A DNA stretch of 64,000 nt from an uncultured delta proteobacterium (GTDB lineage Bacteria; Myxococcota; UBA727; VGSZ01): assembly GCA_963775425.1 (NCBI GenBank), contig CAVZJB010000006.1:184795-248794 (forward strand), written 5' to 3'. Below the pieces are notes generated by a model. That model made no database searches and was not told where the DNA came from. It worked only from the letters and a program-made list of their open reading frames with translations. Made by a program: the position numbers and the translations under genes. Below are positions 9,698 to 20,457 of the stretch, piece after piece (the first letter of the stretch is position 1; every line of letters starts with the position of its first letter).

Positions 9698-10960
9698 GTG
9701 ACGGGCACACCGCTGAGCGCGGTCGACGCCGCGTGGCTCCACATGGACCGCGCCACCAACCGTATGGTGATCACGGCGGTGTTGCTGTTCGACGACGTCA
9801 TCGCCAAGGGCGAGCTCGTCAAGCTCCTCGAGGAGCGACTGCCGCGTGCGCGCTTTCGCCAGCGCATCGTCGAGCGCAGCGGCTTCCGGCGGCCGCGCTT
9901 CGTCGACGTCCCCGTCGCGTTCCACGCGCACGTGGACGAGGTGCCCTGGCCGGCGCCGGGGGACGAACGCGCCCTCGAGCATCTCGTCGCCGAGGGGGCG
10001 TCGGCGCCGTTCCCCGCTGAGCGGCCGTTGTGGAACGCGCGCCTCGTCGTCGACGAAGGGCGCACCCGGTGCGCGATGATCTTTCGCGCGCACCACTGCC
10101 TCGCCGACGGGCTCGCCCTCGTACGTACGCTCCTGCACCTCATCGACGAGCGCGACGCGCGCGTGCCCTCCGTCGGCCGGGCGCGCCCGCCGCCGTCGCG
10201 CTCCCCGGTGCGGCTGGCGGCGCGCGCGGCGTGGCACGGCGCCACCATGGTGCGCCTGCTCACGCTGCGGCCGGATCCCCGCCTGCCGTGGAAGCGGGGG
10301 CTGACCACGTCGAAGAGCATGGCGTGGACCCGGCCCATCGCGCTCGACGACGTCAAGCGCGCGGCCCGCGCCCGGGGCGCCCACCTCACCGACGCGCTGC
10401 TCGCGTGCGCCACGGGAGCGCTGCGCCGCGCCGAGGGGCGTGGGCATCGCGTGCGCGCGCTGGTGCCTACGTTCCTCAAGGCGCCCGGTGACGACGACGC
10501 GCTCGGCAACCGCTTCGGCCTCGTATACGTGCCGCTGCCCCTCGACGTCGACGACGCCGGCGCCCGCGTGCGCCTCCTGGGAGAGCGCACGGCAAAGACC
10601 ACGCGCTCCGCCGACGCCGCCGTCGCCCTCGAGATCCTCGGGGCGCTCGGCCGCGTCAGCCGCCGCCTCGAGGACGTGGGTGTCGCGATCTTCTCGAGCA
10701 AGGCGAGCGCGATGATCACGAGCGTCCCCGGGCCCACGGCGCCGGTGCACATCCTCGGACGCGAGCTCTTGGACATCATCGCGTTCGGCCCCGCCGCCGG
10801 CTCCATCGGCCTCACCGCCGGCCTGTTCTCGTATCGCGGGCACATCCGCGTCGCGTTCTCCGTCGACCCGGCCCTGGGCGTCGACGCGCGCACCCTCGCC
10901 GACGCGTTCGAGGCGGAGGCCGCGCTCGTCGCCGCGATCAGCGTCGCCGCTCCGGCGTAG
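9698..10960 (+). CDS. Wax ester synthase/diacylglycerol acyltransferase (WS/DGAT)
   Basis: LSAVDAAWLHMD, RPLW, catalytic HHCLADG, LGNRFG, ITSVPGP. Confidence 0.9.
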   Translation: MTGTPLSAVDAAWLHMDRATNRMVITAVLLFDDVIAKGELVKLLEERLPRARFRQRIVERSGFRRPRFVDVPVAFHAHVDEVPWPAPGDERALEHLVAEGASAPFPAERPLWNARLVVDEGRTRCAMIFRAHHCLADGLALVRTLLHLIDERDARVPSVGRARPPPSRSPVRLAARAAWHGATMVRLLTLRPDPRLPWKRGLTTSKSMAWTRPIALDDVKRAARARGAHLTDALLACATGALRRAEGRGHRVRALVPTFLKAPGDDDALGNRFGLVYVPLPLDVDDAGARVRLLGERTAKTTRSADAAVALEILGALGRVSRRLEDVGVAIFSSKASAMITSVPGPTAPVHILGRELLDIIAFGPAAGSIGLTAGLFSYRGHIRVAFSVDPALGVDARTLADAFEAEAALVAAISVAAPA

Positions 10961-11473
10961 TCAGCCGCAGCTCGGGCAGGGCGAGGTGTCCACGCAAGCG
11001 TGTACGACGACGTCGTCATCGGGCTTCACGCGCAGCGCGACTGCGAGCTCGAGCGACGCGCCGTCTTTGCACGCGATGGACCGGGTGGCGCCCACATGCA
11101 GGGTGTTTCCGTCGCGCGCGACGAACTCCACCTGTGCGCGCGCGGCGTTCTCGACGGCCACGACGAAGAGGTGCTCGGCCGTGAAGTCGACGCCCGAGGT
11201 GACCACCGTGGTGTCGGGACAACGCAAGGCGTCCTGGAACTCGTTCTCGTTCGTGATCTTCGCGTCGACGGGCGCGAAGGAGCAGCCGCCGGGCGCCGAG
11301 TAGACGTCGGGGTCCTCGGAGACGACGCCGGCGAGATCGAACGCGTCGGGCGTGCACGCGCTCTCCGCGGGGTCGCAGGGCGTGCACGAGCCCGCACACG
11401 CGAGCGCGAGGACGGCGGCGCTGACGAGAGGCAACCGGCCGCGGCCGATCGGCGACCGGCGGGAGCGCGTCAT
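10961..11473 (-). CDS. Hypothetical Cys-containing lipoprotein
   Basis: LVSAAVLALAC lipobox, SGVDFTAEHL; ATGA overlap with the PBP1A stop. Confidence 0.65.
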   Translation of the reverse strand: MTRSRRSPIGRGRLPLVSAAVLALACAGSCTPCDPAESACTPDAFDLAGVVSEDPDVYSAPGGCSFAPVDAKITNENEFQDALRCPDTTVVTSGVDFTAEHLFVVAVENAARAQVEFVARDGNTLHVGATRSIACKDGASLELAVALRVKPDDDVVVHACVDTSPCPSCG

Positions 11474-14160
11474 GGGCCGAGGCCGCCCCGCTCCACGTCC
11501 TCGAGCGGAGGCGGCGGCGCGTCTTCCGCCGTCTGCGTGGGCTCGGTGCCCGCGAGGAAGGCCTCGGCGATGTCGCCCTTGGGCAGCTCCTTGGGCAGCG
11601 GGTCGCCGTCGTCGTCGAACTCCGGCGGCGGCAGCGTGCCCGGCGCCACGCCGTCCTGCACGCTCACGAGGAGCCCCGTCGACGAGTCGATGCTCTTGAT
11701 GATGACGCCGTCGGGCGGCGTGAAGTCGCGCGGCGGAGTGTCCTTGGTGGCTTCCTTCATGTAGTCGAGCCAGATGGGCGCGCTGGCGCGGCCGCCGCTC
11801 TCGCCGCGCCCGAGGGGCTCGTTGTCGTCGAAGCCGACGTAGACGCCGGTGACGATGTCGGGCGTGAAGCCGACGAACCACACGCTGCGCGCCTTGTTGG
11901 TGGTGCCCGTCTTGCCGCCCACCGGCCGTCCGAGCTCGCGCGCGCGCCGCCCGGTGCCGTTTTCGACGACGGACTTCATGAGGTCGCACATGATGTACGC
12001 GGTCTGCGGCGTGATCACCTGCACCGGCTCCGGCCAATCCATCTCGAGCACCTGGCCGTTTTGCCGCTTCACCTTCTCGATGAGGATGGGCGGCACCCAC
12101 TGCCCGTCGTTGGTGAAGATGGTGTACGCGTCGACGAGGTCGAGCGGGATGACCTCGCCCGTGCCGAGGGCGAGCGAGAGGTTCTGCGGGAACGGGTGCG
12201 CGTCCGTGGACAGGTGCAGCTTCTTCGCGATGTCGAGCACCGGGTCGACGCCGACGCGCTCGAGGATGGAGATGCTGCACGTGTTCACCGAGTGGGTGAG
12301 GCACGTGCGCAGCGTGATGTCGCCGAGGAAACGGCTGTTGCTGTTCTCGGGCTTCCACGGCTTGCCGGTGTACTTGTCGAAGAACACCTTGGGCGCGTCG
12401 GTGATGAGCCGCTGCGTGTGGGTGCCGTCGGCGTTCATGTCGAGGTATCCGACGGCGTTGAACAGCTTGGTCTCGATGCCCATGCCGTAGATGAACGGCT
12501 TGAACGACGACCCGGGCTGCCGCAGCGCCTGCGTGGCGCGGTTGAAGCTCGAGCGCTCGAAGTCGTAGCCGCCGACGAGCGCGAGCACGCGGTGGGTGTG
12601 GGGGTCGATGGAGACGAGGGCGCCCTCGGCCTTGGGCTCCTGGTCGAGGCTCACCTCGAGGTGCGCGGGCTTCCCCTTTTGCGCCGGCACGGCGCGCTCG
12701 ATCTTCACGAGCACCACGTCGCCGCGCTTGAGCACGTCGGCGGGGGAGCGCGGCTTGGGGGTGTACTTCTCGGGACTGAACGGACGCGCCCAGGACATGC
12801 CGGACATGGGCAGGACGGCGACCGTGGTGCCGAGGTCGACGGCGGCGCTCTTGCTCGCCTGGTCGACGCGCTCGACCACGCCGCCGACGATGGCGCCGAT
12901 GCGGGCCTTGGTGCTCTTCACGTTGCGAAGCGGCGCGGGCTTGGGCGGCTCCTTCCGCGAGGAGGTGGCGTCGTCGTCGTCGTCCTCGTCGTCGCCGTGG
13001 TGATCGTCGGCGAAGGGCGAGGTGAGCGCCTTGTGCACGCTCGCGGGCGTGAGGTCCTGGAGGTCCCAGATGGGGCGCCCGACGAGGTCATCCTTCTTGA
13101 GCTCGGGGATCTCCTCGGGCGGGAAGCGGCGCGCGCGCTCGGCGTCGAACAGCGCGAGGAGCTTCTTGGCCTCGTCGGGGTCGAGGCGCACCACCGGTCC
13201 GCGGTAGCCCTGGCGCTTGTCGAGCGCGCGCAGCCCGTCCTGCACGGCCTCGTTGGCCGCCTTCTGCATGCGCGCGTCGAGCGCGGCGTAGACGGTGAGG
13301 CCGCCGCGCGTGACCTCGTCGGGGCCGACGTCCTTGCGCTCGGCGAGCCGGCGGCGGATGGCCTCGGCGTAGTAGGGCGCGATGTCGAGGTACTCGGGCG
13401 CCTCGACGTCGACGCGCACGGGGGACTTGTTGGCTTTGTCGGCCTCGTCCTCTTTGATGTACCCGTTCTTCACCATCTGGCCGAGCACGTACGCGCGGCG
13501 TGCGCGCACGCGCGCCGGGTCGGCGATGGGGTTGATGCGGTTGGGCGACTTGGGCACCGACGCGAGCGCCGCCGCCTCCGCCAACGTGAGCTTCTCGACG
13601 TCGACGCCGTAGTACGTGCGCGCGGCCTCCTGGATGCCGTACGCGCCGTTGCCGAAGTAGATCTGGTTCAAGTACAAAAAGAGGATCTGGTCCTTGGAGA
13701 ACCGCTCCTCGATGCGCTTGGCGAGCAGCAGCTTCTTCACCTTGTTCGAGTAGTTGTGCTCCATGGACAACAGGAACGTCTGCGCCGTCTGCTGCGTGAT
13801 GGTGCTGCCGCCGCACGCGCCGCCGCCGACGATCTTGCGCTTGAGGAGGATGAGGCCGCAGCGGAAGATGGCCGCGTAGTCGATGCCCTCGTGGTGGTAG
13901 AAGTCTTCGTCCTCGGCGGAGATGAACGCGTCCTTCACCAGGGGCGGGATGCGCTCGATGGGGACGACCGTGCGGCGCTCCTCGTAGAAGCGCGCCACGA
14001 GGTTGCCGTTGTCGTCGAACACGCGGGATGTCACGGGCGGCCTGTAGTCGGCCATGCTCGACAGGTCGGGCAGATCCCGCGAGAGCACCGCGAGGTGCGC
14101 GGCGCCGCCGCCGACGCCGAAGGCCACGAGCAGCACGAGGACCACGGCGAGCTTCTTCAT
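11470..14160 (-). CDS. mrcA: Penicillin-binding protein 1A (bifunctional transglycosylase/transpeptidase)
   Basis: FISAEDEDFYHHEGID, GGSTITQQ, YLNQIYFG, RQPGSSFKP, SVN, GKTGTTN; start could be 14172 or 14223. Confidence 0.92.
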   Translation of the reverse strand: MKKLAVVLVLLVAFGVGGGAAHLAVLSRDLPDLSSMADYRPPVTSRVFDDNGNLVARFYEERRTVVPIERIPPLVKDAFISAEDEDFYHHEGIDYAAIFRCGLILLKRKIVGGGACGGSTITQQTAQTFLLSMEHNYSNKVKKLLLAKRIEERFSKDQILFLYLNQIYFGNGAYGIQEAARTYYGVDVEKLTLAEAAALASVPKSPNRINPIADPARVRARRAYVLGQMVKNGYIKEDEADKANKSPVRVDVEAPEYLDIAPYYAEAIRRRLAERKDVGPDEVTRGGLTVYAALDARMQKAANEAVQDGLRALDKRQGYRGPVVRLDPDEAKKLLALFDAERARRFPPEEIPELKKDDLVGRPIWDLQDLTPASVHKALTSPFADDHHGDDEDDDDDATSSRKEPPKPAPLRNVKSTKARIGAIVGGVVERVDQASKSAAVDLGTTVAVLPMSGMSWARPFSPEKYTPKPRSPADVLKRGDVVLVKIERAVPAQKGKPAHLEVSLDQEPKAEGALVSIDPHTHRVLALVGGYDFERSSFNRATQALRQPGSSFKPFIYGMGIETKLFNAVGYLDMNADGTHTQRLITDAPKVFFDKYTGKPWKPENSNSRFLGDITLRTCLTHSVNTCSISILERVGVDPVLDIAKKLHLSTDAHPFPQNLSLALGTGEVIPLDLVDAYTIFTNDGQWVPPILIEKVKRQNGQVLEMDWPEPVQVITPQTAYIMCDLMKSVVENGTGRRARELGRPVGGKTGTTNKARSVWFVGFTPDIVTGVYVGFDDNEPLGRGESGGRASAPIWLDYMKEATKDTPPRDFTPPDGVIIKSIDSSTGLLVSVQDGVAPGTLPPPEFDDDGDPLPKELPKGDIAEAFLAGTEPTQTAEDAPPPPLEDVERGGLGP

Positions 14161-14300
14161 GAGCCCGCGCATGCCCTTCTGGCTGACGAGAGGGATCTTC
14201 GAAAACAACACCCTTACGCCCATCTCCCTTTGTCGACATGCGGATCGCCGATGACGTCCCCGGCGTCAATCCGCCGGCGCCGCCGTTGATTCCACGCGCG

Positions 14301-15173
14301 TCAGCGCGCCGTGACGGTGATCGTGCCGTTCTTCGGCGACAGCGCGTCGACGAGGAAGTAGCCACCGACGCCGGCCGCGGCCAGGAGGACGAGGCCGCCG
14401 CCGGTGGCGCCGGCGATGATCCAGCCCACACCGCCGTCGTCGCCGTCGTCGGGCTCCTGGAGCTTCTCGTCGACGGTCTTCACGCGGCCGACGTCGCTGT
14501 CGCGATCGCTGGTGTCGGTGGCCTCGAGGGCGTGATCCGGCGACTCGAGGGAGCGGTCGCGCTGATCAGCGACCGAAGGGAGCGGCCCCGCTCGATCATG
14601 GTGCGGCGCTTCGGGAATATCGTCGTCGACGGCGGAGCCGGCGGCGTCGTCGGACGTCAAGGGTCCGCGCCGCCGTTCGCCGTCGTCGCTCGCCGCGTGA
14701 CGCGGGGGAGGCGCGGCCGGCTCGTCGTCGACGACCGGTGTCACCGGCGCGTCCACGGTGTGGAGCACGCGCGACTTGCTGTCGTCCGCGGGCTTGTCCT
14801 CCGGCGGCGGCGGCCTCTTGTCCTCGTGCTTCGGCGGAGGCTTGGGCTTGTCCTCGTCGGGGGGTGGCGGCGCCAGGATGTCGCTGTCGTCCTCGAGATC
14901 GCGGTCGCGATCGCGCGGCGGCGGCTTGTTGTCCTCGTGCTTCTTGGGCTTGGGCGGCGCGCTCTTGTCTGCGCTCTTGTCTTCGTGCTTCTTCTTGCGC
15001 GTGTCCTTCTTGGGGGCTTCGTGCTTGGGGGGCGCGCGCTTGTGCGGCCTCTCGACGAGGTCGACGTCGCCGTCGGGCATGTCGTCGTCCTGGGCGCGCA
15101 CGCGCGCGGCGGGCGCGAGCACGAGGAGGGTGGCCGCGAGCAAGGCGAGGACGTGGGACGCGGGGCGGTTCAT
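14301..15173 (-). CDS. Secreted Pro/Lys/Asp-rich protein with C-terminal membrane segment
   Basis: Signal peptide ending ARVRA, low-complexity middle, GWIIAGATGGGLVLLAAAGVGGYFLV transmembrane segment. Confidence 0.65.
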   Translation of the reverse strand: MNRPASHVLALLAATLLVLAPAARVRAQDDDMPDGDVDLVERPHKRAPPKHEAPKKDTRKKKHEDKSADKSAPPKPKKHEDNKPPPRDRDRDLEDDSDILAPPPPDEDKPKPPPKHEDKRPPPPEDKPADDSKSRVLHTVDAPVTPVVDDEPAAPPPRHAASDDGERRRGPLTSDDAAGSAVDDDIPEAPHHDRAGPLPSVADQRDRSLESPDHALEATDTSDRDSDVGRVKTVDEKLQEPDDGDDGGVGWIIAGATGGGLVLLAAAGVGGYFLVDALSPKNGTITVTAR

Positions 15174-16913
15174 TCGGCCACCCCCGGCGGCGTGAGGGGA
15201 TCCGCGAAGATCTCGGCGGTCGCGAGCGGCGCGCGGTCGCTGCCGAGCGGCGCTTCGCCGCCGAGGAGCACCACGGTGCCGTCGCCGGGCGCCGCGGCGA
15301 CGAGGCCGCCCCGGGCGTCGCGCAAGGTGCGCGCGGCGCCGCCCACGGACAGCGGCGTGACGACGAGGGTCTCCTGGTCGAACAGCTCGAGGTCATCGCT
15401 GGGGGTGAAGGCGGAGATCGGCGTAGCCGCCGGCGACGAGCGCGCGCGAGCCGCCCGGCAGCGGGGCCACCGACGCGAAGATGCGCGGCCCCGTGAGGTG
15501 CATGGGCTGATCGTGCGGCGGCTTGCCGGTGACGATGCCGCCCTCCTCGCCGGAGTTCTCCGAGTAGACGTACACGGCGGCGCCGTCGCCGACGCTCGGG
15601 TCGCCGCCGGCGCAGGTGGTGGCGGGCGCCGACGGCTCGCACGCGAGCGCGGGGCGGAAGGTGCCGTCCTGGTCGCGCACGAGGCCGCCGACGGCGAGCA
15701 CGCGGATGGACAGGTACTGCGCCGACGCCGCAAAGAAGGGGTTCCTGAAGTTGTTCATGGCCCCGACGTTCAACAGCTCCGAGGTCTGCCGGATGCGCTC
15801 GACCTGGAAGCGGGGCGTGCCGTCGCCGTTGGTGTCGAGGTTCACGGAGCCGCCCCACAGGAACACGCCGTCGCCGGGGATGAGGAACGCCATGTGGCCC
15901 GCGCGCTGCGCCTGCATGGTGGGCCCGTTGCCGCACGAGAGCGAGGCGTTGCACACCGTGGTGGAGTCGAGCGCGTTCGACAAATCGTTCCGGGGCGCGC
16001 GGACGGCGGGGATGCCGCCGGTGATGATGACGGCGCCGTCGTCGGTGGGGGCCGCGGCGGCGAACACGCGCGGGCCGTTCGGGTCGTCGCCGGCGGAGGA
16101 GAAGCTCTGCGTCTTCGGGTCGTAGACCTCGATGGCGCTGACGGGGCCCACGGGCTCGATGGGGAACGGGTTGGCGGTGTCGATGGGGTGCACGAGGGCG
16201 CTGCTGGCGCCGCCCGCGACGATGACGCGGCCGTCGGCGAGCTTGGCGGCGGTGTGGAAGAGCCGCGCGTTCTGCATCGAGCCGACGGCGTGGAACGCGC
16301 CGGTGGAAGGATCGAAGATGGACGCCGACGCCGTGGCCGTCAGGCGGTGGCAGCCGGTGCCGCAGGTGGCGCTCGCGTCGGTGCCGTCGCGGGCGCCGCC
16401 GACGACGAGGACGGTGCCGTCGTCGAGGACGGTGGCGGTGTGGAAGGCGCGCCCCTCGACGTCCCCGCCGCGCGAGCACGTGACGTCGCCAAGGCGGGCC
16501 ATGAGCACGTCGACGGCGGTGTCCTCGTTGGGCGTGACCGTGACCGCCGGGCGCACGCCGCGCCACAGCGTCTGGCTGCCGGCCTGCCCGAACAGGCCGA
16601 CGACGCGGTCCGCCCCCGCGGGCACGTCGCTGATGGTCAGCGGGCCGCCGAGGGGTCCGCTGGTGGTGACGGGGGCCGGCATGTCCTGCGCGGTGACGGT
16701 GAGCTTGAGCGACTGCACCTCCGCCTGGAACTCGGCGCCGGCGCTGGCGTCGGGCGGGCACGAGCCGCTGAGCGGGTACACCGCGCTGTGCGCGACGACG
16801 TTCGGGGCGGCGCCCGGCGCGCAGGCGCCGAGGGCCGCCACGACGCCGAGGACCGCGAGCCCCCGTCCCTGTCGGGCGCGGGGGACGGCGGAGGGGGAGG
16901 CGCCGAAAGGCAT
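15170..16913 (-). CDS. Kelch-repeat lipoprotein (one-base frameshift near 15415)
   Basis: LGAC lipobox, RAFHTATVLDDGTVLVVGG and RLFHTAAKLADGRVIVAGG kelch repeats; the last repeat (DGTVVLLGG...ATAEIF) continues in another frame, whose TGA overlaps the next ATG. Confidence 0.8.
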
Positions 16914-17017
16914 ATGGCGTCGTCGCATACGGAAATGACCTCGACAACCCCCGCGGACGACGCCCGGGGTAGTGTGTGTCTGATGACCAACGCGCCAACC
17001 CGGCCTGCGATCTCATG

Positions 17018-17189
17018 TTTGCCCGCGGCCGCTCCCTCCGGTCGCCATTTGCCCGCGGCCGCTCCCTTCGGTCGCCATTTGCCCGCGGCCGCTCCCTCCG
17101 GTCGCCATTTGCCCGCGGCCGCTCCCTCCGGTCGCCATTTGCCCGCGGCCGCTCCCTCCGGTCGCCATTTGCCCGCGGCCGCTCCCTCC
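17018..17189 (+). repeat. Tandem repeat, 30-bp unit x about 5.7 (TTTGCCCGCGGCCGCTCCCTCCGGTCGCCA)
   Basis: Units start at 17018, 17048, 17078, 17108, 17138 and 17168; no spacers; one C>T variant in unit 2. Confidence 0.95.
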
Positions 17190-17239
17190 CTTGGATCGCA
17201 ACAGCGCCGCCTCGCGCCCGCCATGGCCCGGAACGGCCG

Positions 17240-18643
17240 ATGACACCGGGGCGGCCGCGGCCGACGTTCGCGCACAAGCTCGCCTACGCCGCAGGTCAGG
17301 CAGGCAACGTCCTGGGGTACCAGATGATCGGGCAGCTCGTGCTGCCGCTGTACCGCCCGCCCGACGGCCAGGGCTTTCACGCCCTCATCCCGCCGGCGGC
17401 CGCCGGCATCGCGATGTTCGTCCCGCGCGCCGTGGACACGTTCTTCGACCCCTACCTCGCGAACGTCTCGGATCGTTCGACGAGCCGGCTCGGGCGCCGT
17501 CGCCTGTTCATGCTCATCGGCTTCGCGCCGCTCGGCATCGCCACGGGCCTCGCGTTCTATCCCCCCACCGACGTCGCCGGGCTGCTGAACGCCGTCTACC
17601 TCGCCGTGGTCCTCACCGCGTACAACTGCCTCTTCTCGGTGTACGTGGGCCCCTACCTCGCGCTGCTGCCCGAGCTGTTTCCGGACAAGAACGAAAACAC
17701 GCAGGTCTCGACGCTGCAGGCCGCCGCGGCCCTCTTTGGCGCGGCGCTCGTCGGCGGCGCCTTGCTCTTCGTCCCCGAGCACGACCCGGACCGCTCGGGG
17801 CTCAAGCTCGTCACGGGTGTCCTCGCCGCCATCTCGCTGCTGTTGCTGGCCGTGCCCGTCGTGGCCGTCGACGAGCGCAAGTACGTGCACCGCGTCCCCG
17901 GCGCCGCCGCGAGCCACAAGGGGCCGTTCGCGTCGCTGGCGGCCACGTTCCGCGAGCGCGCCTTCGTCCCCTACGTGCTCGGCTCCATGTTCTATTGGAT
18001 CGGCTTCACCATCTTGAACACGGCCGCGCCGATGTTCGTGGAGGTGCTGCTCCGGCGTCCGCTCCGCGATCTGCTCGTCGTCGAGCAAGCACCGCTCCTC
18101 GTGTGCTCGGCGCTGTTCTTCTTCGCCGTGCCACCGCTGCAAAGGCGCCTCGGAAAGCGCAAGCTGATGCTCATCTCGTCACTGGGGTTCGCCGCTTTGA
18201 TGGGGGTCGGTGTCCCGCTGTTGCCGTCGATGCCATGGCTCGCGCAACCGCTGTTCATGCTCGCGGGCATCTCCGTCGCGCTGTTCCTCGCGGTGCCGAA
18301 CGCGATGCTCGCCGACGTCTGCGAGGCCAACGCGCGCAAGACCGGTGAGCGGCGGGAGGGCATGTTCTTCGGGGCGCAAGGCTTCCTGCAGAAGTTCGCC
18401 GTCGGCACCGCCGCCGCCGGCGTCTCCTGGGTCGCCGAGCTGTTCGGCAAGTCGAGCGACAGCCCGCTCGGCGTTCAGCTCTCCGGGCCGCTCGCCGCGG
18501 TGGCGCTGCTCGCGTCGGCGGCGTGCTTCTGGCGTTACCCGGAGGAGAGCGTCCTCGCCGACACGGCGGGCGCGGCGCCGCCGAGCGAGGGCGCGCCCGA
18601 CGGTGAGCCGGTCGCCGTCCCGAGCAGCCCCCCCAATCCGTGA
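17240..18643 (+). CDS. MFS transporter, glycoside-pentoside-hexuronide (MelB-like) family
   Basis: KLAYAAGQAG, DTFFDPYLANVSDRSTSRLGRRR, PYLALLPEL, MLADVCE...GERREGMFFG; multiple TM helices. Confidence 0.88.
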   Translation: MTPGRPRPTFAHKLAYAAGQAGNVLGYQMIGQLVLPLYRPPDGQGFHALIPPAAAGIAMFVPRAVDTFFDPYLANVSDRSTSRLGRRRLFMLIGFAPLGIATGLAFYPPTDVAGLLNAVYLAVVLTAYNCLFSVYVGPYLALLPELFPDKNENTQVSTLQAAAALFGAALVGGALLFVPEHDPDRSGLKLVTGVLAAISLLLLAVPVVAVDERKYVHRVPGAAASHKGPFASLAATFRERAFVPYVLGSMFYWIGFTILNTAAPMFVEVLLRRPLRDLLVVEQAPLLVCSALFFFAVPPLQRRLGKRKLMLISSLGFAALMGVGVPLLPSMPWLAQPLFMLAGISVALFLAVPNAMLADVCEANARKTGERREGMFFGAQGFLQKFAVGTAAAGVSWVAELFGKSSDSPLGVQLSGPLAAVALLASAACFWRYPEESVLADTAGAAPPSEGAPDGEPVAVPSSPPNP

Positions 18644-18756
18644 CGCGCGTCGGCACCTGACCGTTCCGTCGTCGTCATGTCGCCCTGTCGGCTCGGTCGC
18701 CTCACGTTGTCGAGGAGGAGCGCTCCGTTACGCCTCTGTTGCGGGGGGCGAGCCAC

Positions 18757-20457
18757 ATGTTCGACGGCGGCTGCGGCAAAGAGACAGTCAACGAGCACCA
18801 CCCGCGCTCCCTGCCGCGCCCCCGACCGTCCGGCCCGGAGCCCGGTGACGCCCGCGCCCGCGGCGGCAAGCGCTCGCTGCCCGCCGCGGGGCGGCTCGAC
18901 GCCGACACGGAGCGCTCGCTCGACCTCGAGGAGCGCGCCACCGACACCGCCCGCATGCGCGTGGTGGGCGTCGCCGCGCTCTCGTTGTGGACGGCGTCGC
19001 TCGCGCTCGACGCCGTCCTCGCCCACGGCGTGATCCACGAAGGCGCCGCGGGCTTCCTGGCGATCAAGGCGCTCGCCTGCGTCCCCGCGGTCGCCGTCGT
19101 CGTCCGCCTGCTGCCGAGGTTCCCGCTGCTGTCGCGGCGCGCGCTGTACGCCGCCGCCTTCGCCGTCTTCCTCCCGCCCGTCGTGGCTGCGTCGCTGCTC
19201 GCGTTGCGCCACCCCGCCGTCGAGGCAGCGTACGGCCACGCGATCGTCGGCGTGCTCGTCGCGCTCGGCGCCGCCCTGCCGCAACCGCTCAGGCGCGGGC
19301 TGCCGCTCACGGGCGCCGTCGCTTTCACGTTCGCCGCCGCCGTGGCCGCCGGCGCCGTCGCGGACGAGGGCGTGCGCGCGCGCCTCGCCGATCCCGCCGA
19401 GCGCGCGCTGCTGTGGATGATCGTGAGCACGCACGTGGTCGCCGGCGCGCTCGTCGTCGTCAGCGCGCAGTTGCAGCACGGGCTGCGGCGCCAGGGGTTG
19501 CTCGTGCAATTGAAGAGCCGCTATCGCCTCAAGGAGCTGCTCGGCGAAGGCGGCATGGGGCAGGTGTGGCGCGCGTGGCACCCCGGGCTCGGCTGCGACG
19601 TCGCGCTCAAGATGTTGCGAAACGGCGGCGGCGAGGAGCTGGTGCAGCGCTTCCTCCGCGAGATCAAGGCCACCGCGCAGCTCGTGCACCCGAACACCGT
19701 GCGCGTCCTCGACTGCGGCCTCACCGACGACGGCGCCTGGTACTACACGATGGAGCTCCTGCACGGCCGGACGCTCGCGACCGTCGTCGGCGCCGAGGGG
19801 CCGCTGCCGCCGGCGCGGGTGGTCTACCTCGTCGCGCAGGCGGCGCGCGCGCTGTCCGAGGCGCACGGGCGGGGCCTCGTGCATCGCGACGTGAAGCCCG
19901 AGAACCTCTTCGTCACCACGCTCGGCGGCGAGACCGACTTCGTGAAGGTGCTCGACTTCGGCATCGCCCGCGCGGCGTATGACGACGACAGCCTCACGCG
20001 CGAGGGCATGGTCATCGGCACGCCGCGTTACATGGCGCCCGAGCAGGAGCGCGGCCTGCGCGCCGACGCCCGCAGCGACGTGTATTCGCTCGGCGCCACG
20101 CTGTACCTCGCGCTCACCGCGGAGCCGCCGCTGCCCGGCGAGAGCCTCAGCGAGATCCAGGCGTCGCGCTCGCGCGGCGTGCTTGTCCCCCCCTCGTGGC
20201 GCGTGCCGGGGATCCCGCCGGTGCTCGACGAGATCGTCATGCGTTGCCTGAGCACGGATCCCGCCGCGCGCTACGCCGACGCCGGCGCGCTCGCCCGGGC
20301 GCTCCTCGACACGGGGCTGTCCCGCGCGCATCGGCCGTCTCCGCCCGCCGGCGTCGTCGAGATGGAGCCCGTGCGCCGCCGCACGGTGACCCGCGATCTG
20401 TCGGGCGAGCCGTCGTCCGAGCCGCCGACCCCGCCGTGGATCATGGCCTTGCGATGA
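18757..20457 (+). CDS. Membrane-anchored Ser/Thr protein kinase
   Basis: N-terminal TM helices, LGEGGMGQV, VALK, HRDVKPEN, DFG, GTPRYMAPE; start uncertain. Confidence 0.9.
   Translation: MFDGGCGKETVNEHHPRSLPRPRPSGPEPGDARARGGKRSLPAAGRLDADTERSLDLEERATDTARMRVVGVAALSLWTASLALDAVLAHGVIHEGAAGFLAIKALACVPAVAVVVRLLPRFPLLSRRALYAAAFAVFLPPVVAASLLALRHPAVEAAYGHAIVGVLVALGAALPQPLRRGLPLTGAVAFTFAAAVAAGAVADEGVRARLADPAERALLWMIVSTHVVAGALVVVSAQLQHGLRRQGLLVQLKSRYRLKELLGEGGMGQVWRAWHPGLGCDVALKMLRNGGGEELVQRFLREIKATAQLVHPNTVRVLDCGLTDDGAWYYTMELLHGRTLATVVGAEGPLPPARVVYLVAQAARALSEAHGRGLVHRDVKPENLFVTTLGGETDFVKVLDFGIARAAYDDDSLTREGMVIGTPRYMAPEQERGLRADARSDVYSLGATLYLALTAEPPLPGESLSEIQASRSRGVLVPPSWRVPGIPPVLDEIVMRCLSTDPAARYADAGALARALLDTGLSRAHRPSPPAGVVEMEPVRRRTVTRDLSGEPSSEPPTPPWIMALR

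Noticed and set aside
17018-17189. CRISPR array
   Set aside because: The 30-bp units abut with no unique spacers, and there are no cas genes in the window.
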